Shown here: in pieces, positions 26,759-32,000 of the stretch | How the letters are laid out: each line of letters starts with the position of its first letter | Position numbering within the stretch: the first letter of the stretch is position 1 | DNA from: Candidatus Brocadia sp. | GTDB lineage: Bacteria; Planctomycetota; Brocadiia; Brocadiales; Brocadiaceae | Assembly (NCBI GenBank): GCA_021650915.1 | Contig: CP091279.1 | Coordinates: forward strand, 1,110,001 to 1,142,000 | Reading direction: 5' to 3' | DNA length: 32,000 bases | Position numbers and translations under genes: made by a program | The notes under the pieces: generated by a model | What the model was told of the DNA's origin: nothing | Databases searched by the model: none | The model's input: the letters and a program-made list of their open reading frames with translations, nothing else

Positions 26759-28084
26759 ATGTTTAAACCTATCAAATTAATAGATATCGAATTGAGCCGT
26801 CCTCTTGTGACCATAGAGGGGCTGTATGGCTACGAGTTATTACAGGCGTTGGTCCGCTTGCATAATACTCCAATTGGGTTTATTAAGGTGCCGGTTATCA
26901 ATGGTCGTTGCACACCAACCGATCTTCGCAGAGCAATTCAGAAACAAAAGACTATCGATAACGCACACCATTTTTTCTCCGATGATCTGTCGGCGTCAGC
27001 GATAACGGAAAATTTACGTATCAATGACCTGCTTAAAGTTCCGCCTCCTGTTTACCCAGGACCACAGCCTCTTGTCACCGTTGCAGTCTGCACCCGAGAC
27101 CGGACCGAAGACCTGCGGCAATGTCTCGATTCTCTCAACGACCTTGATTACCCCGCTCTTGATATCCTGGTTATAGATAATGCTCCCAGGAACGATGACA
27201 CCGAGCAACTGGCTCGCACAACCTTCCCCGGGATACGCTATGTCCTAGAACCCAGACCAGGCCTCGATTGGGCGCGAAATCGAGCCATAACCGAAGCACG
27301 CGGTGAGATTATTGCTTACACTGATGACGATGTAGTTGTTGATCCGGGATGGGTAAAAGCGCTCGTGGAAACCTTCAACCAAAATGATTCGGTGATGGCG
27401 GTAACAGGATTGGTCGTACCGTATGAATTAGAAACCGAGGCACAGATACTTTTTGAACGGCACGGTGGTTTTGGTCGCGGCTTTGTATATAAGGAATACC
27501 GGGCAAAGAAAAAGAATGGCAAGGTGAAGGCGCTTCATCATAGCAGTGTAGGACGATTTGGCACCGGCGCAAATATGGCTTTTCGTAGCAGTTTATTTCA
27601 TAAGATCGGATACTTTGACCCAGCCCTGGATGTGGGAACTGTTACCAACGGTGGTGGCGACCTCGAAATGTTTTTCCGGGTACTGAAAGAAGGATATACC
27701 CTGTGCTATGAGCCACGTGCATTGGTACGCCACAAGCATCGTCGAAACTACCATCAATTGCGGGAACAGCTTACCAATTGGGGCACCGGTTTTATTTCGT
27801 ATTTCATGCGAAGCGCCCTGGCATATCCGGATGAGCGATTTGCCTTCTTCAGGGTATGGTTATGGTGGCTCATGCGGAAGATCCGCCTTCTGTTGATTTC
27901 CTTTACCGGTTCGTCACGTTTTTCACCTGATTTGCTCCTGGCAGAGATTTGTGGATCATTCCTTCTCGGACGCTACCCTAAAGCCAGGCGCACGGCAGCA
28001 AAAATTGCACAGATCTTTGGTTCTGCCACTCAGGTAGTATCGCCAAAAGAAGCCTGTGTTACAAAGGACGATTCACGAACGTAA
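26759..28084 (+). CDS. GT2 family glycosyltransferase with ~100-aa N-terminal extension and hydrophobic C-terminus
   Basis: VTVAVCTRDR..LVIDNAPRND..ARNRA..YTDDDVVVDPGW. The N-terminal extension carries the same ~60-aa module found twice in each giant fusion protein. I prefer ATG 26759 over the track's TTG 26729. Confidence 0.8.
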   Translation: MFKPIKLIDIELSRPLVTIEGLYGYELLQALVRLHNTPIGFIKVPVINGRCTPTDLRRAIQKQKTIDNAHHFFSDDLSASAITENLRINDLLKVPPPVYPGPQPLVTVAVCTRDRTEDLRQCLDSLNDLDYPALDILVIDNAPRNDDTEQLARTTFPGIRYVLEPRPGLDWARNRAITEARGEIIAYTDDDVVVDPGWVKALVETFNQNDSVMAVTGLVVPYELETEAQILFERHGGFGRGFVYKEYRAKKKNGKVKALHHSSVGRFGTGANMAFRSSLFHKIGYFDPALDVGTVTNGGGDLEMFFRVLKEGYTLCYEPRALVRHKHRRNYHQLREQLTNWGTGFISYFMRSALAYPDERFAFFRVWLWWLMRKIRLLLISFTGSSRFSPDLLLAEICGSFLLGRYPKARRTAAKIAQIFGSATQVVSPKEACVTKDDSRT

Positions 28085-28212
28085 CCACCAACAGCTATCA
28101 CCACCCGGAGTTGATCAGAGCTAACGAGGTGTAGCGGACTAATTACAAATGAGTATGTATGCCTGTTTTTCTGGAAAAGGCAGAATTGAAACGAGACAAG
28201 GAGTAGCACAAA

Positions 28213-29151
28213 TTGCCAATAGTTAGTGTAATTATTCCAACACATAATCGTGCCGAATTGCTTTGCTCGGCAATTACCAGTGTATTAAATCAGACATTTC
28301 AGGATTTCGAGATCCTGGTGATCGACGATGCATCAACAGATAATACCCGGGAGGTTATCAGCAGATATCGCGATACAAGAATAAAATATATCCACCATGA
28401 AGTTAATAAAGGAGAAGCGGGATCAAGAAATACCGGGATACTACATTCACATGCTGAGTATATTGCGTTTTTGGATGACGATGATGAATGGTTACCAGAG
28501 AAGTTGCAGTTGCAAATTGACCTATTTAATTCCTGCCAGCAAGAGATTGGAGTTATATACACCGGCTATCTCAGGGTAGATTGGACAAAAAAGAAGATAT
28601 TGAAACAAACGGTTCCGATAAAACGAGGGTATATTTATAATGATATGTTTATTCAAAATTACGTCGGAATCCCGTCGACGATTATCTTAAGACGAAAATG
28701 TTTCGACTTGGTTGGCTTGTTTGACGGAAGTCTGCCTTATGGAACTGATTATGATATGTGGATTCGACTGGCAAAAGAATTTCATTTTGATTATATAAGA
28801 GAACCTCTGGTTAAGTATTGTGTACATCAGGAGAGAATTTCTTCTCATCTGGACGCGCGAATAAACGGACTAGAAATCCTTTTGAAAAGATATAACCATC
28901 TCTTTGCAGCAAATAGTAAAAGGCACAGCTATTATCATTCCCATATTGGAATGATGTACTGTTCCATTGGAAGCATTAAAAAAGGTCGTGAATTACTTTT
29001 AAAGGCGATAAAAATATATCCGCTTGGAATAAGAGGATATCTTTGTTTCGTGCTTTTCCTGTTAGGTAAAAACAATTTCAGGAGGGTGAAAAAAATCATA
29101 TATTTTTTACGTAGCACCGGGTTTTATTTTACACATCGTGATAGGCGCTAG
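28213..29151 (+). CDS. GT2 family glycosyltransferase (last gene of the operon)
   Basis: VSVIIPTHNRAELL..LVIDDASTDNT..SRNTG..FLDDDDEW. TTG start, with AAGGAG (28198-28203) 9 nt upstream. The C-terminal tail is hydrophobic. Confidence 0.8.
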   Translation: MPIVSVIIPTHNRAELLCSAITSVLNQTFQDFEILVIDDASTDNTREVISRYRDTRIKYIHHEVNKGEAGSRNTGILHSHAEYIAFLDDDDEWLPEKLQLQIDLFNSCQQEIGVIYTGYLRVDWTKKKILKQTVPIKRGYIYNDMFIQNYVGIPSTIILRRKCFDLVGLFDGSLPYGTDYDMWIRLAKEFHFDYIREPLVKYCVHQERISSHLDARINGLEILLKRYNHLFAANSKRHSYYHSHIGMMYCSIGSIKKGRELLLKAIKIYPLGIRGYLCFVLFLLGKNNFRRVKKIIYFLRSTGFYFTHRDRR

Positions 29152-29286
29152 GCAATAGATAAGGAATCCGATATCGTCTGTACCTGTTCACCCAATGGCA
29201 TAGATTAATGCATGACCTGGATTTCATCACCACCTTAACTCACTCTTTACCATAAATACAAGTTCTCAACTCGCGTTCTATGGCGA

Positions 29287-29307
29287 AAGTTTTTATACAA
29301 TACTATA
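29287..29307 (+). repeat. Orphan right terminus of the ~220-bp repeat family
   Basis: AAGTTTTTATACA---ATACTATA compared with AAGTTTTTATACAGTAATACTATA at 31042-31065: a 13-nt plus an 8-nt exact match around a 3-nt gap. It has the same orientation as the intact copies and ends in the same TA. Confidence 0.45.
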
Positions 29308-29390
29308 GCATCCTATCCCGACTTTCACAATTCGAGGGGTATGCAACCCTCTGAGCCAGGAAAATCAAGAGGTCATGAAAAAGGTCGGCA

Positions 29391-31392
29391 CTACAGACCG
29401 ACCTGTCCGGATGCGTAAACCTTGGGCGGCGGTTGTTCAGGAAGCGTTAATCCCAATTGTGCCAAAAGGAGTAAAACGTCCTTCTCCGGCTGGGTATAAC
29501 GGCTCATGACAATATGACGGCCATCCGTGGTTGGTAAATGGACGTCTATCATTTGAATGCCCGACAGTTTTTCTAAAATCGCTTCCGACGTCAGCCCTCC
29601 GGCCCTCCCCCGCGCAAGATTGCGCAGCGTCGTGTGGAGACAAAAAGCCAAAAAGGAGACAAAGATATGGGCTTCAATTCTCCGTTCCAGTTGGTGCCAT
29701 AGGGGACGGAGGGAAAGCGATCCCTTCAAGTCCTTAAATGCCTGTTCTATCCGTGTCAACAGCAAATAATTTTCCCAGACGGTTTCTGGCGCGGTGGCCT
29801 GCATGTTGGAACGAAGCAAATAACGCCCCTCGCGCCGATACGCCTGCCTCAGGCGTTCCCGATCCAAACTGAACCGGAACGTATTCTCATTGACCGGTTC
29901 CTGCGGTTTGGGAATGGAGATCGTGACCAGTCTGTAGTCTCGTCCGGCTTCTTTCTTTAACGCGCCAATATGCATGAGCAGGTCATCGCGCGTGAGGGCT
30001 TTTCGATTGCGAAGTTCGCGCAGACCCATCCACAAACGTCTGAGTCTGCGCCTACGCATGGCACGCTCCTTAGACACCCGGTCATGGCTTTCCACGTAAA
30101 CGTAAAACTCCGATTCCTGCCGAAGAACTTTCACGCGGACGCTCTCCCTCGCCCGCATCCAGGTTTGTTCGAGTAGCGGTTTTTCTACTCTCGTCAAATG
30201 CCCCTTCGGAGTCCCAACCAAATAATCAATCCCGCGCTCACGCATCTTTTCCAACATCTCCTCCGTTGGAATACCGCGATCCATAAACCAGGTGCGCCGG
30301 AATTTCCCATACTGCTTTTCAATCCGATCCAGAAATTCCTCCAGCGTTGCGGTGTCTCTGGTATTGCCCGGATACACTTCGTAGGCCACGGGAAATCCTT
30401 CCGGCGTTAACACCAATGCCACTACCACCTGCACGCAATCCGAACGTTTGTCCCGGCTATATCCAAACCGTTTCTTACTCCCCGATCCAGTCGGAGGTGG
30501 GTCACTTTCAAAATACGTACTCGTCAAATCATACAGCAGTACATCGTACTTCGCCCCAAAGAGATTCCCCCACTTCTCCTTTAAATAGACAAACAGCTCG
30601 TCCCGATGCTCAAGCAACAAATCCAAACAACGATACGCCTTGTCCTTCTGCGCCAGGGAATAATCCTCTCCCAGCAGATCGCCTGTTGCGCTGCGCACGT
30701 ACCACTCACGGTGAAAACGAAATTCGCTTCCCGGATCGACAACCGGTAACAGACAAGCGCCTTCAGCATATTCAACCAGCTTGTCCCCTTCCGGCTTGAC
30801 GGCAGACGCATCCTCCAGAATGTGTCCAGTTCCAGCATATTCCATAGCGCGGCACAGCCACAACCAAATTTCCTTTATGAAAGCGGGGAGATTGCTTCGG
30901 AAAAGGCCCCTCGCAATGACACCGGCCATGCACTTTGATGGTACACTGCATGTTGTCATTGCGAGTGAAGCGAAGCAATCTTTCACTCATAAAAAACGGT
31001 ACCTCCTGAAAGGGGTTTGTGAAAAAACTCACAGAAAAAAGAAGTTTTTATACAGTAATACTATACATACAATCCCAACCAGCTCGCTCCCCACTCCCGT
31101 GGATGGCGCAGCTCTATTTTGTCCAATCTCATCCGGACTGTCTCACCATCCGGTATCGGCCTGGCTTCCCGGTCGTCCGGGGAAACAACGCCAGTTGTCT
31201 TGGCCTGGGTTCTTTACCCGACACCGCCTCTATCGTCCGAACCCACCCAGCCCGTTGATTGTCATTGGGTTCTCCCAAAGAGAGAACCTGCCGCTGCACC
31301 ACCCTTCTTCCGCTGATCCGGCGGTTCTCTACCACGCTCCAATAACAGTGGGTTTTTCCATCTTTCGTTCATGTCTTTTCCCGGAGAAACAT
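29391..31392 (-). pseudogene. IS1634-family transposase pseudogene (premature stop, two or more frameshifts, ~220-bp repeat insertion)
   Basis: Core motifs: YDLTSTYFE, GYSRDKRSD, FMDRGI, YLLRSN, IEQAFKDLKG.LSLRPLWH...RIEAHIFVSFLA. The N-terminal part reads MFLREKT*TKDGKTHCYWSVVENRRISGRRVVQRQVLSLGE, with a TGA at 31369-31371. Frameshifts fall near 31179-31182 and near 30736-30745. The repeat is inserted at 30847-31063. The first 47 aa of the 531-aa track ORF are read out of the repeat and are not genuine. Confidence 0.8.
30843..31065 (+). repeat. ~220-bp repeat element, intact copy 2 (inside the IS1634 transposase gene)
   Basis: Near-identical to 8181-8402. Removing 30847-31063 plus one flanking TA joins the transposase codons in frame (...REWGASWLGLYV|WNMLELDTFWRMRLPSSRKGTSW...). 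Confidence 0.85.
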
Positions 31393-31618
31393 GCGAGCAT
31401 TTTCGCACTTCCCCCTGCATGCGTCAAGAGGGTAGGTCGGCACTACAAGCCGTTTTGAAAATTCACCCCTTGAATTTCAAGGCTTTCCAGGCGACTCTTG
31501 CCCAAAAATAACCTTTTTTGGACGCGAATTGCGAATGTCGGGTTAGTTCTACACACTACGGGAATTACTTACAGTTTGCGTAATGAGTACAAATGGCAAA
31601 CTTATCCCCTTTTAGGAA

Positions 31619-32000
31619 TTAACCCAAAGCCACCTGCTCCGCGGGTGGATTCTTTATTATTTCAATCAGTCTGGTTTTGTCAAAATCACTCAGAGGTGTC
31701 GAACGTTGCTCGATGCGCCAATAATCTTCAACGGATTCTCTGAAATCCATAGCTGCGGAATTGCTTATCAATAAAAATCGTAAATACAGTGACGGGTCTT
31801 TAATTACCAGGGGTATGCCTGTATGCACGGCATCGAAGGCAATGAGACACGGCGCCTTGTTTAATACCAGGATATCAACGTTTTTCCCCAGGATTTTTTC
31901 GGTATCTGCCCATATTTCTGTTTCTTCCGGCCACTCCCCGGTCTCTTCCCATTCCAGTCTTCTTGTTTTTAGCTTAAAATAGACTGCAATATCGACATCG
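31619..32000 (-). CDS. mntA: MntA-type nucleotidyltransferase (antitoxin-class), C-terminal ~126 codons; the 5' end lies beyond the right edge
   Basis: The reverse strand is open from 32000 to TAA at 31619-31621: DVDIAVYFKLK...GKNVDILVLNKAPCLIAFDAVHTGIPLVIKDPSLYLRFLLISNSAAMDFRESVEDYWRIEQRSTPLSDFDKTRLIEIIKNPPAEQVALG*. DVDIAV and DILVLN..P are typical of minimal NTase antitoxins. The track shows only its last 69 aa. Confidence 0.65.
   Translation of the reverse strand, partial: DVDIAVYFKLKTRRLEWEETGEWPEETEIWADTEKILGKNVDILVLNKAPCLIAFDAVHTGIPLVIKDPSLYLRFLLISNSAAMDFRESVEDYWRIEQRSTPLSDFDKTRLIEIIKNPPAEQVALG
31653..31751 (-). repeat. Copy B of the 99-bp mntA 3' direct repeat (here still part of an open gene)
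   Basis: Aligns with 2096-2194 at a constant offset of 29557 nt with 6 mismatches. Similarity continues weakly (TAGC.GCGG) for ~7 more nt. Confidence 0.7.

Larger units (their letters stand above)
29329..31476 (-). mobile_element. IS1634-family (IS4 superfamily) insertion sequence, decayed; boundaries tentative
   Basis: Candidate short IRs are AATTCGAGGGGT (29329-29340) and the reverse complement of 31465-31476 (AATTCAAGGGGT). An alternative reading uses the exact 14-bp direct repeat AGGTCGGCACTACA (29382-29395 and 31434-31447) as a target duplication, which would put the element at 29396-31433. Confidence 0.55.

Noticed and set aside
8181-31065. Dispersed repeats as a CRISPR array or other tandem array
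   Set aside because: There are only two full copies, 22 kb apart, with no regular spacing, no short direct repeat/spacer periodicity and no cas genes.
2096-31751. The 99-bp direct repeats as a proven integrative-island att pair
   Set aside because: No integrase or excisionase is present, both junctions are riddled with IS fragments, and copy A is truncated by another repeat. I kept it only as one hypothesis under the TA-locus finding.

Overview
This is a hand analysis with no searches run. Family names come from motif recognition and remain hypotheses until checked; coordinates were indexed manually.

The window has three parts.

(1) Left flank, 1-7300. A minus-strand HepT (DUF86/HEPN, RX4HXY motif) toxin gene sits here, and its MntA partner survives only as a 99-bp relic. 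A ~1.3-kb IS with a frameshifted transposase separates the two. Next comes a 420-aa unassigned ORF whose 3' end is replaced by a 2.7-kb IS66-family element with ~41-bp perfect TIRs. That element carries a frameshifted DUF4338 (DruA-like) gene instead of tnpA/tnpB, and its transposase is split by a 151-bp MITE (23-bp perfect TIRs, 8-bp TSD). An ISL3-like relic follows.

(2) Core, 7369-29151. One uninterrupted plus-strand operon of 14 genes encodes an ABC-transporter-dependent (Wzm/Wzt) surface-glycan pathway. In gene order after Wzm and Wzt:
- two paralogous [GT4]-[GT2] two-domain transferases
- a GT2 and a GT4
- a class I SAM methyltransferase translationally coupled to a radical-SAM enzyme with an N-terminal twitch/SPASM-like Cys motif
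- a two-domain sulfotransferase fusion
- two tandem ~1,000-aa GT2-unknown-CE4 deacetylase fusion paralogs
- two more GT2s

No initiating phosphoglycosyltransferase, ligase/oligosaccharyltransferase, nucleotide-sugar or PAPS-supply genes are present.

(3) Right flank, 29287-32000. This holds a heavily decayed IS1634-family element and a partial MntA-type nucleotidyltransferase gene.

Two repeat patterns cut across these parts. A ~220-bp non-TIR, TA-flanked repeat occurs twice intact: once in the wzm-wzt spacer and once inside the IS1634 transposase, where removing it restores the reading frame. Orphan left and right termini of that repeat lie at 2195 and 29307 and bracket the whole glycan locus. 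Separately, a 99-bp mntA 3' segment is duplicated at 2096-2194 and 31653-31751.

The best candidates for new biology are:
- the duplicated GT2-X-CE4 fusion enzymes together with the adjacent sulfotransferase (a possible deacetylate-then-sulfate route)
- a recurrent ~60-aa module shared by three enzymes
- the TA-associated repeat family

No rRNA, tRNA or CRISPR array was seen.
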